NCBI GenBank assembly: GCA_003602415.1
Contig: QQSK01000011.1
Location: 4,186-68,185, forward strand
DNA length: 64,000 bases
Direction of reading: 5' to 3'
Origin: Candidatus Poseidoniales archaeon
GTDB taxonomy: Archaea; Thermoplasmatota; Poseidoniia; Poseidoniales; Poseidoniaceae
Below, piece by piece: positions 1-8,128 of this stretch. A program made the translations under genes and the position numbers. The notes below the pieces were generated by a model. The model searched no databases, had not been told where the DNA came from, and was given only the letters and a program-made list of their open reading frames with translations. Within the stretch, counting starts at the first letter, position 1, and every line of letters begins with the position of its first letter.

Positions 1-380
1 TCGAATGGCAATGCTGCAATCGATATTACAATGGCTCCTGATAATCTTGCTTGACGGGCAAATTCAGGAGCTGCACCAGTACCAGTCCCTCCACCTAAAC
101 CTGTGAGGAGGATTACCATCTCAACACCTTCAAGCAAAGTCCTTGAAACTCCAGATGCTTGCCTCATCCTCTGCTCTCCCAAAGGAGGAAGAGCTGCACA
201 ACCAGCGGTATCGAGATCTTTTCCTAAACGAATGATGTGTGCATCGTTAGATGAAAGTGTACTCTCATCAGCATCGATAAGCACTAAATCGATTCCATGG
301 CCAGTTTTCTGGTGGGCCCTTTTGGCCCAAGAACAACCCAATCCTCCGACGCCAGCAATCAATATCTGGGCGCCATCCAT
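1..380 (-). CDS. FtsZ/tubulin-superfamily GTPase, divergent paralogue, N-terminal part (gene runs off the left edge)
   Basis: Hand translation of the minus strand from ATG (complement of 378-380): MDGAQILIAGVGGLGCSWAKRA..LIDADESTL..MVILLTGLGGGTGTGAAPEFARQA. Contains the tubulin signature GGGTGTG. Absent from the ORF track because there is no stop inside the window. AAGGGGG SD-like run a few nt upstream. Confidence 0.7.
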   Translation of the reverse strand, partial: MDGAQILIAGVGGLGCSWAKRAHQKTGHGIDLVLIDADESTLSSNDAHIIRLGKDLDTAGCAALPPLGEQRMRQASGVSRTLLEGVEMVILLTGLGGGTGTGAAPEFARQARLSGAIVISIAALPF

Positions 381-405
381 ACAACCCCCTTAGATTGGAG
401 GTTAT

Positions 406-711
406 TCAATCTCTTCCCACATATCTCTGATATCTGCGTCTAGCATCTCTAGCCCAAGCGTTGTCTGGTTCGATACTCAAAACTTTGTCATACAATTCAA
501 CAGCCTTTTCGAAATCCGAGAAGTGGCGGCCATATAGATGAGCTAAATTGTTTAGAACAGGGATGCATTTGTAATCTTCATCAAGCATTTGCAAGAGGAT
601 TTCTTCAGCTTTTCCTAAATTGTTTCGAAGCATTTCTTCCTCTGCCTCATCCAATAGCAAAAGTTGTTCATTTGAGAGGTCGTAAGTATTCTCAAAAGGG
701 TGGTCTGACAT
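406..711 (-). CDS. small TPR-repeat protein
   Basis: 101-aa ORF with TPR-like helices (LGKAEEILLQML..NNLAHLYG..FEKAVELYDKVLSIEPDNAWA). Same strand as the FtsZ-like gene and 25 nt upstream of it. Confidence 0.55.
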   Translation of the reverse strand: MSDHPFENTYDLSNEQLLLLDEAEEEMLRNNLGKAEEILLQMLDEDYKCIPVLNNLAHLYGRHFSDFEKAVELYDKVLSIEPDNAWARDARRRYQRYVGRD

Positions 712-795
712 GTCTAGTCGTCGTCGAACTTGGACATATGATTTGCCGTAAATTGTGTAGTATGAAAACCTATGAAAAATGTAACACTCAGAACA

Positions 796-812
796 CCCTA
801 ACGAAGTTAGGG
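796..812 (+). promoter_or_regulatory. 7-bp GC-cored inverted repeat (CCCTAAC GAA GTTAGGG) upstream of the Rieske/cyt b operon
   Basis: Perfect inverted repeat read directly. Lies in the divergent intergenic region about 48 nt before the ATG at 860; a TATA-like GATTATAGG follows at about 822-830. Confidence 0.3.
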
Positions 813-859
813 CAAGGAACGATTATAGGCGCAATACAAGTCGCCCAAAACAACTGGGG

Positions 860-1654
860 TTGGCTATGCGTATGTCACGGGTTTTCATCCGAAGTTTCCT
901 TCCGCTCATCCTTGTGTCATTGATGCTCTTGCCCGGGCTCAGTAATGCATACCCTAACGGCATTGGAGGTGAACAAAGCAATGCTGGAGAAACTATCGAT
1001 GATGTAGCCAAAGAAGGATGTCTTTGTCATGGCGGAGAACCAAGTAATTCTGTAATGGTAGTCTTAGTCGGAGTCCCATATTCATGGAATGAAACTGGCG
1101 AATACAACATGCGACTGGAAATTATTGGAGGACCAGACACTGACATGGGTGGATTTTCGGCAAGGGTTAGTGCTGGAGAATTATCTGGCGATGGTGAGGC
1201 TTGGGACGAAGACCCTGCAACATTATCTCACACAAATTCCAACTCAAGAATTTTCCAAATAACATGGACCCCACCAGCAAGTGGCGAAGGACATGTCGAT
1301 TTCTGGATTAGTGCGAACGCAGTAAATGGAGCTGATGGCCCTGCTGGCGATTATTGGAACCAACTTTTCTTCAACATCGGAGAAAGTGAATACACCGAAG
1401 ATCGTGGTACAAGGACATTAATCGCAGGCAGCGGCACTCCTGAAGCACCAAAGAGTAGCGCTGGTGAAATCGACATCTCTACTCTAGGAGCAGGATTTAG
1501 AGCACACTGGTTAGGACTTCTTGGATTTGGAGCTGTTGTGGCTGTAATCATATTCTGTGGACTGTTGCTTAGATATGGATTCTCAACATCTTACAAGGGT
1601 CGTAGCAACTTGCTACGTCTTCGTTACAAGATTAATCGCAGAGGTGATCAGTGA
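860..1654 (+). CDS. secreted, C-terminally membrane-anchored beta-rich protein with a CLCHGG motif (unknown family), first gene of the Rieske/cyt b operon
   Basis: Signal peptide (MRMSRVFIRSFLPLILVSLMLLPGLSNA), acidic ectodomain, single motif EGCLCHGGEP, C-terminal TM helix (WLGLLGFGAVVAVIIFCGLLL) plus basic tail. Its stop overlaps the next start (TGATG). Confidence 0.6.
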   Translation: MAMRMSRVFIRSFLPLILVSLMLLPGLSNAYPNGIGGEQSNAGETIDDVAKEGCLCHGGEPSNSVMVVLVGVPYSWNETGEYNMRLEIIGGPDTDMGGFSARVSAGELSGDGEAWDEDPATLSHTNSNSRIFQITWTPPASGEGHVDFWISANAVNGADGPAGDYWNQLFFNIGESEYTEDRGTRTLIAGSGTPEAPKSSAGEIDISTLGAGFRAHWLGLLGFGAVVAVIIFCGLLLRYGFSTSYKGRSNLLRLRYKINRRGDQ

Positions 1655-2106
1655 TGGCTAAGGATACAATCACCCAATTACTCGAAAAGGTTGCATCTGG
1701 CAAGGTTAGCGTCAAGGATGCTAGAACCGCATTGGAAGATGCATCCCTCACAGAAGAGCAGATGGATGCTGCCATCAATCATGGTGTATTCAACCCAGCA
1801 GAACCAGGAACTGTGATTTCTGCATCATTAGCACCATCGGGCAAATCTGCTCTAACATTATTCTTCTTCGCATGGGGAATATTCTGGTCGCTTTACTGGT
1901 TTGGCACTATGCTATACGGACTCCTAAACGGCTCCACATGGGACCAACAACAACTTTCATACCATCTTGCAATGGGACTTAGCACACTAATCATGATGGG
2001 TATTGTTTACCTGAAGTGGGTTTTGCCTGACACAATAATTGTCAAGCACAGTCAAAATAAGTACATCCCTGAACATCAGAAGGATTGGAGAGAATACAAG
2101 TGGTGA
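1654..2106 (+). CDS. integral membrane protein, unknown function (operon member)
   Basis: ATG at 1654 overlaps the preceding TGA. Soluble helical N-terminus followed by about 3 hydrophobic helices. No family recognised. Confidence 0.5.
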   Translation: MAKDTITQLLEKVASGKVSVKDARTALEDASLTEEQMDAAINHGVFNPAEPGTVISASLAPSGKSALTLFFFAWGIFWSLYWFGTMLYGLLNGSTWDQQQLSYHLAMGLSTLIMMGIVYLKWVLPDTIIVKHSQNKYIPEHQKDWREYKW

Positions 2107-2110
2107 TATC

Positions 2111-2959
2111 ATGGACGACATGAAACTAAGACCTGCACCTGCTACTGAAGGAAGCGAACTCTCCATGGTTGGAGATGTATCGGTTAATCGAAGGCAATTC
2201 ATGAGATATGGATTCAATGCTGCCAGTGGTGTTCTTGCAGCAACCTTAGGAGCACTTGGTTTTGCTTCTATATTACTACCTCCATCTGGAGGAGGAGGAG
2301 GAGACTCTGCTGTTCTTTACTGGGCTAAAGGTCGTGAAGATGAAGCATGGTACGGTGCTAAGCACTTACAACCGATGATGAAATCAGACTTCGAAGCTGA
2401 AGCCGCAGCATCCAATGTTGGAATGTCAGGGGCTCAAGGAGTATGGAATGGATTACCAGTAATCGTAAATTATGTCCCACACTCTCAGAATGCAGCAACT
2501 CCAGTCTCCGATAACTCTCCAAGATTCCAAGAGATGGCAGGTTACGACATCGGTGGAAATTATGTTGGGCATGCTACTGAATACCTGCTCGGAAATCCTG
2601 ATGTCTTCGACCCAAACAACAACCTCGTAATGAGTTTCGCAAGGTGTACACACCTGTGTTGTATTCCGGGATGGCAACTAGTTTCTAACTCCTTTACCGA
2701 TGATAATTGGACACCAGGAGGAGGTGACGATGGAGGAAGCAAGATGTTCTGCATTTGCCACTCCAGTAGATTCGACCCTACCGCTATTGAAGTCAATAGA
2801 AACGCAAACAGATCCACCGGTGCTTCTTTCGAGTATCTTGGTATTCGTAGAGCAGGAGGTCCTGCTCCAGTAGGACTACCAATTATTCCTATCATTATGA
2901 ATGGAGACACTATTGAGGCGTCTACAGATTACACGGGCTGGTTGACCTATTGCGACTGA
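2111..2959 (+). CDS. Rieske [2Fe-2S] iron-sulfur subunit
   Basis: Twin-arginine-like N-terminus (VNRRQFMRYG followed by a TM helix). Rieske boxes CTHLCC and CICHSS. ATG at 2111 is preferred to the track start 2039, which overlaps the previous gene; GGTGAT lies upstream. Confidence 0.85.
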   Translation: MDDMKLRPAPATEGSELSMVGDVSVNRRQFMRYGFNAASGVLAATLGALGFASILLPPSGGGGGDSAVLYWAKGREDEAWYGAKHLQPMMKSDFEAEAAASNVGMSGAQGVWNGLPVIVNYVPHSQNAATPVSDNSPRFQEMAGYDIGGNYVGHATEYLLGNPDVFDPNNNLVMSFARCTHLCCIPGWQLVSNSFTDDNWTPGGGDDGGSKMFCICHSSRFDPTAIEVNRNANRSTGASFEYLGIRRAGGPAPVGLPIIPIIMNGDTIEASTDYTGWLTYCD

Positions 2960-2968
2960 GGTGAAAAT

Positions 2969-3835
2969 ATGAGCACAATATTTTGGGTACTTTGGTTCTT
3001 TATAGCATTCATCATCGTTCTAATCGCATTTACACTGCGAAAAGAAAACGAAGAAATTCCACGCAGAGAAATTCTACGCGCTGTAGAATCAAGTGGAAAG
3101 ATGGGATTCGCTGAACGTGCATTCCTTTGGGTATTTTCATTCCTAGACACGAGATTCCGAATTCAAGATTATTGGAACATGAGCAAGGGCGCATATTACA
3201 ACATGCACAGACAAATGCCACTTACTCACGCAGAGAAATACAAACTGCGAATCATTTGGTATTGGTATCCATTGTATTGTTTAGGAGGGATTTCTTTCCT
3301 TTCATTCATTATTCTTGTAATCACTGGAACAGTTCTGGGAATATACTACGTCCCTGGTGGTGAAGGTGATCCTTCTCCTGCTTACGCAAGTATGCAGTTC
3401 ATCATGACTCAGTTACCATTCGGCTACATTATCCGTGCAGTACACCACTGGGGAACTCACTTCATGGTAGCATCAGTATTCTTACACATGTGTAGAGTAT
3501 ACTTCACTGGGGCATACAGAAATCCACGTGAGTTAAACTGGCTAATCGGAGTTGCACTGATGGCGCTGACTATTGTTTTCGGATATTCTGGATACTTACT
3601 GCCTTGGGACACATTGGCATACGGTGCTGCAGTTATTGGAATCAACTTAGCAAATGCTACACCGTTGATTGGTAAAAACATTGCAACTCTGCTATTCGGT
3701 GGCTCATCCCTATCACACCGAACCGTAACTAGAATGTACTTCATTCACGTATTCATCTTACCAGTGATTGTTACAACACTGATTATCATACATTTGTTCA
3801 TTGTATGGGTACAAGGAATTGCGGAGCCGCATTGA
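2969..3835 (+). CDS. cytochrome b, N-terminal four-helix di-haem domain (b6-like split form)
   Basis: HHWGTHFMVASVFLHMCRVYFTG and NWLIGVALMALTIVFGYSGYLLPWD. Second His pair in FIHVFILPVIVTTLIIIHLF. GAGGTGA SD upstream. Confidence 0.9.
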   Translation: MSTIFWVLWFFIAFIIVLIAFTLRKENEEIPRREILRAVESSGKMGFAERAFLWVFSFLDTRFRIQDYWNMSKGAYYNMHRQMPLTHAEKYKLRIIWYWYPLYCLGGISFLSFIILVITGTVLGIYYVPGGEGDPSPAYASMQFIMTQLPFGYIIRAVHHWGTHFMVASVFLHMCRVYFTGAYRNPRELNWLIGVALMALTIVFGYSGYLLPWDTLAYGAAVIGINLANATPLIGKNIATLLFGGSSLSHRTVTRMYFIHVFILPVIVTTLIIIHLFIVWVQGIAEPH

Positions 3836-3852
3836 TATTGGAGGTTTGAAAC

Positions 3853-6657
3853 ATGGGACTAATTGAGAATCTTGGTGCAGTTGCTTCATCCTATATGGAT
3901 GAAAAAGAAAGGCTAGAAACCGCAGACGAAAAGAGAAAGAGGACTCGGTCTGGCCATGGGTTTTGGCCTCATGAAGTTCTACGTGACACATTGATCTTCG
4001 GATTTATGGCATGTGTTCTATTGTTCTATGCTTGGTTAATTCCTCCTCCATTACATAGTGCTGCGGACCCATTCGCACAAGCTGGTTTCGTATTCCCTGA
4101 TTGGTATGTTCTATTCTCCTATGGATATCTAAGATGGGGAGAATATCTACCACAATTCGACGTGCCTTTAGGTCCTGTTGGAGACTTCTTTGGCCAACCA
4201 TCGTTCCCTTGGAATGCTGCATGGTGGGGTGCTTTCCTAACTGGAATCCCAGTAGGAATCCTAGCGCTACCTCCATTCCTAGGTGGTCGTGAAAAGAGAC
4301 CTGTTGAAGACCCGTGGTTTGCAAGTGCAGGTGTAGTTTACCTAGCACACATTTGGTTCATCTCTGTTTTCTCAATCAATATCTTCCTAGAATTATATGG
4401 TAAGAATAGGAGTGATTATTGTAAGTTAGATAGTCATGGAGATTTATTGTGTGGTACAAGAGATCCTTGGATTGCAGATTTATTCAACATGATTCCTTGG
4501 ATAATGACTGGCATCTTACTATGGATTATGATTTACTTCATAGCTAAATGGCTATTCAACAATGCTTGGGGTGCAAGGTTCACTCCTGCTCATGGAAAGA
4601 AATTGATTGTTGGTGCATTTATCGTTGCTACTGCAGCTAGCGTTGTTTCTTATCCTGTTTATGATAATGGATTCTGGGATGCAAAGGGTTTGCTTACCAT
4701 TTCTGATTATGGCGAACTAGAAGAAATGCGTTCACAGCCTACTGATGTTCACGTCCATGAGAGAAACGAATTCATGGACGCACAAGGATTTGAAGGAGAA
4801 ATAGTACCTGCTTCTGCTTGGATGGATTGGAATATATACCAACCTGCCAGATATTATCTGATAGATTTCGCAGATAATAATGGTCATCAAGATTTGGATT
4901 CAGGAATTAACGGCGCTACTGGTCTAGAAAATTATACTGCTGACGAAACCATTTGGGCAACAGGTACATTCATTATTTCGGATACATATTGGCCAGAAGA
5001 TAATGATTTCACAACAGTTCCAGTTGATGCGACTTGTGAAACAAGGGCGAGTGAAGTGATTATCGATGGAGGAGATTCTACCTCTGCAATGATTCAATCC
5101 AGTTTGATCATCAAATCCCGAGACACAAATAAGACGGTTATCGATACTGATTGTAACAGTGGTGAGACTGGAGTTGAACTCGAAGACGGAGAATATGATT
5201 ACGAGTTTAGAGTTGAATCAACAGATGGACTCAAGACAAATCAAAGTGTTACTGTTGAAACAATGTTCACAATAAGTGCTTACCAGCCACTTCTATTGTA
5301 TGATGATGATGCAAAGCACGGATTTGCTGGCAAAACAGTTGACCTGACAAACGTTACCGAATTAGCAATTGTAGGAGACGACATGGGAGAGGTTGTCAAT
5401 CCAACATACCATGCAAATCCTAAGGCATTAGATGCAAAATTGACCTATGCAATGTTCATTCCGTGCTTAACTGCAGGTGCGATTGTATTCGTAGTTCTAA
5501 GAAACATGGCAAGAGGATATGAATTCGAAATGAACAAATGTTACGGATGTGACCTTTGTGATGATGCTTGTCCTGTTAGATTATTCAACGCTGGTGACAA
5601 ATTGAATATCATTTACAATTCATGGAATAATGAAGATGATGGCGTACCGATGTATTCATGTTTGACTTGTACAGCATGTACCAATGCTTGTCCACAACTT
5701 GTCGATTACGACTCCTATGTTGATATTCGCCGCTCACTAATAGTCGGAGGGCCTGCTGCTGAGATTCCTCACACGGTTCTACAAGCGGTATTAGCTGCCG
5801 AAGCGGAAGAAGACAGTGATGGCGACTTTGTATCTGTTGAAGAATATCCAATCGATTCCAACATTGGTTACTATCCTGGATGTGTTGATTATCTGGACCA
5901 AGAAATGGTCTTCAGCCATCTCAATGAAGGTGAAATGAACCTCGGGGACACCACAAACTCTGCATTCACTCTGTTTGAGGAAATGGGAACTGAGGTATCA
6001 TACCTAGGAAGAGACTTCCTGAAGTGTTGTGGCCACGACCAAAAGTGGCAAGGACTTGATGAAGTATTTGAGAAATTGAAGTCATACAATCAGAAGAAGA
6101 TCGAAGCATCAGGAATTGACACTCTGGTATCTTCATGTGCTGAATGTTTCAGAACTTTCGCAAGAGATTACGAATTAGAAGGTGTGAAAGTCATGCACAC
6201 CACTGAGTTCCTTATCGAAAACGGATTCGATATGGAGATGAAGGTCGAAGATGAATTGACTGTAACCTATCATGACCCATGTAGACTTGGTAGGCAAATG
6301 GGAATCTATGACGAACCTCGTGAATTAGTTGCAGGTGTAGAAGGTGTCGAACTTGTTGAGATGGAACACCATGGTGAAGATGCAATGTGCTGTGGAGTTT
6401 CCAGCATGATGTCATGCAACGAAAATGCACGTGCTTTGAGAGTTACAAGAATGGAAGAAATCAGGAACACAGGCGCTGATATGATGATTACATCGTGTCC
6501 AAAGTGTGTTTCTCACTTCGAATGTTTGAAATTTGAAGGCGATGAAAGACACGATATCGAGATTCTCGATGTTGTTTCATTCCTTGCAAGACAAGTTGAA
6601 GCAAAGAAATCCATTGCAGATGAAGTATCAACTGCTCAAGTTTCTGTAGAAGCTTAA
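3853..6657 (+). CDS. fusion protein: cytochrome b C-terminal / subunit-IV-like module + extra TM helices + ~258-aa outward insert + HdrD/GlpC-type 2x[4Fe-4S] and 2xCCG domain
   Basis: Single 934-codon ORF with a GGAGGT SD. N-terminus reads FWPHEVLRD..DPFAQAGFVFPDWYVLFSYGYLRW (PEWY-type Qo loop). Six hydrophobic helices by eye. C-terminus has CYGCDLCDDACP and CLTCTACTNACP, then C-x47-CC-x35-CAEC and C-x35-CC-x34-CPKC (hand count). Confidence 0.85.
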   Translation: MGLIENLGAVASSYMDEKERLETADEKRKRTRSGHGFWPHEVLRDTLIFGFMACVLLFYAWLIPPPLHSAADPFAQAGFVFPDWYVLFSYGYLRWGEYLPQFDVPLGPVGDFFGQPSFPWNAAWWGAFLTGIPVGILALPPFLGGREKRPVEDPWFASAGVVYLAHIWFISVFSINIFLELYGKNRSDYCKLDSHGDLLCGTRDPWIADLFNMIPWIMTGILLWIMIYFIAKWLFNNAWGARFTPAHGKKLIVGAFIVATAASVVSYPVYDNGFWDAKGLLTISDYGELEEMRSQPTDVHVHERNEFMDAQGFEGEIVPASAWMDWNIYQPARYYLIDFADNNGHQDLDSGINGATGLENYTADETIWATGTFIISDTYWPEDNDFTTVPVDATCETRASEVIIDGGDSTSAMIQSSLIIKSRDTNKTVIDTDCNSGETGVELEDGEYDYEFRVESTDGLKTNQSVTVETMFTISAYQPLLLYDDDAKHGFAGKTVDLTNVTELAIVGDDMGEVVNPTYHANPKALDAKLTYAMFIPCLTAGAIVFVVLRNMARGYEFEMNKCYGCDLCDDACPVRLFNAGDKLNIIYNSWNNEDDGVPMYSCLTCTACTNACPQLVDYDSYVDIRRSLIVGGPAAEIPHTVLQAVLAAEAEEDSDGDFVSVEEYPIDSNIGYYPGCVDYLDQEMVFSHLNEGEMNLGDTTNSAFTLFEEMGTEVSYLGRDFLKCCGHDQKWQGLDEVFEKLKSYNQKKIEASGIDTLVSSCAECFRTFARDYELEGVKVMHTTEFLIENGFDMEMKVEDELTVTYHDPCRLGRQMGIYDEPRELVAGVEGVELVEMEHHGEDAMCCGVSSMMSCNENARALRVTRMEEIRNTGADMMITSCPKCVSHFECLKFEGDERHDIEILDVVSFLARQVEAKKSIADEVSTAQVSVEA

Positions 6658-6711
6658 TCACTTTTCAGTGATAAAAAACGGCCCAAGATTGATAATCAAT
6701 ATTGATATCAG

Positions 6712-7506
6712 ATGGTTATGGATTATGACTCTCATACATTGATTCAACTCAAAACAATGTGTAAAGATAGAGGACTCAGAGTCAGTGGAACAAAGGCAGA
6801 AGTAATCATTCGTCTAATGGAAGATGATGAATCAAAATTACCTACTCCTGTAATGGTTCCAACACAAACAATCCAGATGCATCCACAACATCATCAGGTT
6901 CAACCTGTGACTCATATCTATGTAAACAATAATTCTGATTTAACTTTACAATTAACAGGAATTGGAATTCTATTGTATGGAATATTCCGTATTGGCATGG
7001 CCTTACTGTTTAACGAGTGGATGCCTGCTGAATCATTTTTGGCAATGTTGATTGGCCTAGGGTTTATTCTTGGTGGAGTTACTACGATTCAGGGTTACAA
7101 ACAAGGACTTCAACTTACGTTAGGAGTATTAGTTGTTTCAGGAATTCTTTCACTCATCAATCATGACGAATTTTCGCCACTGTCCATTGGAATGGGAGGA
7201 TTTTGGCCAGTTTGGCTTTCACTCTTATGCTCTGGAACATGTATGATCATTGTAGCAACCCCACTCCTAGGAGTTGCTGATTCCCAATTTAGAGCCGGCT
7301 CCCCCAACTATATGACTTCAGCAATTAATACGGCTGACTTTGTATCACCAGCACCACTTGTGATGAAAGAACCAGATAAAAGACCGGCTACTGAAGGAAA
7401 AATTGTCACAAAGTGTGTTCACTGTCAATCTAAATTGAAGGTACCAATCGGTTACAAAGGACGAGTAAAATGTCCTACATGTAATGAAAGATTCAAAGTT
7501 GAATAA
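6712..7506 (+). CDS. SAP-domain / multi-TM / C-terminal zinc-ribbon protein
   Basis: N-terminal LIQLKTMCKDRGLRVSGTKAEVIIRLMEDDE matches the SAP helix-extension-helix pattern. Four to five TM helices follow. The C-terminus is KCVHCQSKLKV..VKCPTCNERFKV (CxxC..CxxC). Confidence 0.6.
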   Translation: MVMDYDSHTLIQLKTMCKDRGLRVSGTKAEVIIRLMEDDESKLPTPVMVPTQTIQMHPQHHQVQPVTHIYVNNNSDLTLQLTGIGILLYGIFRIGMALLFNEWMPAESFLAMLIGLGFILGGVTTIQGYKQGLQLTLGVLVVSGILSLINHDEFSPLSIGMGGFWPVWLSLLCSGTCMIIVATPLLGVADSQFRAGSPNYMTSAINTADFVSPAPLVMKEPDKRPATEGKIVTKCVHCQSKLKVPIGYKGRVKCPTCNERFKVE

Positions 7507-7791
7507 TCATTCAGTTGGAGGACTATCTTCGTCCATACCCCGGATTTCATAGTTTGAAGGGAACATAGCAACAATGACTCCTGCGATAAGGAAGCCCAAG
7601 CCCAAGCCAAATTTTTGTTCAACGAACAAGAATTCTAGAGCAAAAACGACCAATAACAATCCTCCTATATTGGATACCCAGACAAGAGTTTTGAAAGTCG
7701 AAAGTGATACTCCAGTGGTATTTGGTCCTCTGACTGGCCCGAATTCTCCGCCAAATCTCTGAGCCCCTTCGTGTTCTGGTTGCTTACTCAT
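7507..7791 (-). CDS. small membrane protein (last gene of the coupled operon)
   Basis: ORF with two hydrophobic helices. The ATG at 7791 (MSKQPEHEG) is 4 nt after the ferredoxin stop; the track start 7806 would overlap it. Confidence 0.4.
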   Translation of the reverse strand: MSKQPEHEGAQRFGGEFGPVRGPNTTGVSLSTFKTLVWVSNIGGLLLVVFALEFLFVEQKFGLGLGFLIAGVIVAMFPSNYEIRGMDEDSPPTE

Positions 7792-7795
7792 ATTA

Positions 7796-8128
7796 TCACC
7801 TATCAATCATTGTAATCGCATCAGTAGGACATGCCAACACACAGAGTCTGCATCCTGTACATGCATCTCTGATGATCTTGGCTTTACGGTTGCTAGGAAC
7901 TTCTAACAATGGTGAAGACATCTCTTTGAAATATAATTCAATGGCGTCATCATCACAAACGATTGTGCATTGGTCACATCCAATACACAAGTTCTCAGTC
8001 ACCCAAGCAACTGTACCTTCACCACCTTTGATAGTTGACCTGCGTTCTCCTTTCTGTCTTGCAAGAGAAATCGCAATTCGCTCAGCCTCTGCTTCGCGAC
8101 GCTTAGCCAAGTCTTCAGGTGAGGTCAT
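7796..8128 (-). CDS. 2x[4Fe-4S] ferredoxin-domain protein
   Basis: CIGCDQCTIVCDDDAI and CTGCRLCVLACPTDAI. ATGA start/stop overlap with the upstream gene. Confidence 0.8.
   Translation of the reverse strand: MTSPEDLAKRREAEAERIAISLARQKGERRSTIKGGEGTVAWVTENLCIGCDQCTIVCDDDAIELYFKEMSSPLLEVPSNRKAKIIRDACTGCRLCVLACPTDAITMIDR

Noticed and set aside
103-393. 96-aa plus-strand ORF from the track (GTG start)
   Set aside because: It is antisense to a much better minus-strand reading frame that carries the GGGTGTG tubulin signature. Its own sequence is Pro/Ser-rich with no motif.
995-1040. CLCHGG read as a haem-c site or as Rieske box II (CPCHGS-like)
   Set aside because: The spacing is CxCH, not CXXCH, and there is no box I (CxHxGC) in the protein. 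It is kept only as an unexplained motif.
2039-2110. N-terminal extensions in the ORF track (Rieske 2039; E1 beta 40894; gdhA 19218; aIF2-beta 63565; E3 43283; mutase subunit 14820)
   Set aside because: Each extension overlaps the preceding gene or uses GTG/TTG and encodes atypical sequence. In every case an internal ATG with an SD or a canonical N-terminus fits better.
6658-6711. TCACT-TTTC-AGTGA hairpin after the fusion-gene stop, considered as an intrinsic terminator, and the TTGATAATCAA palindrome
   Set aside because: The hairpin is followed by an A-run rather than a U-run on the sense strand, and the stem is only 5 bp. This AT-rich palindrome could occur by chance, and support is insufficient to call either a feature.
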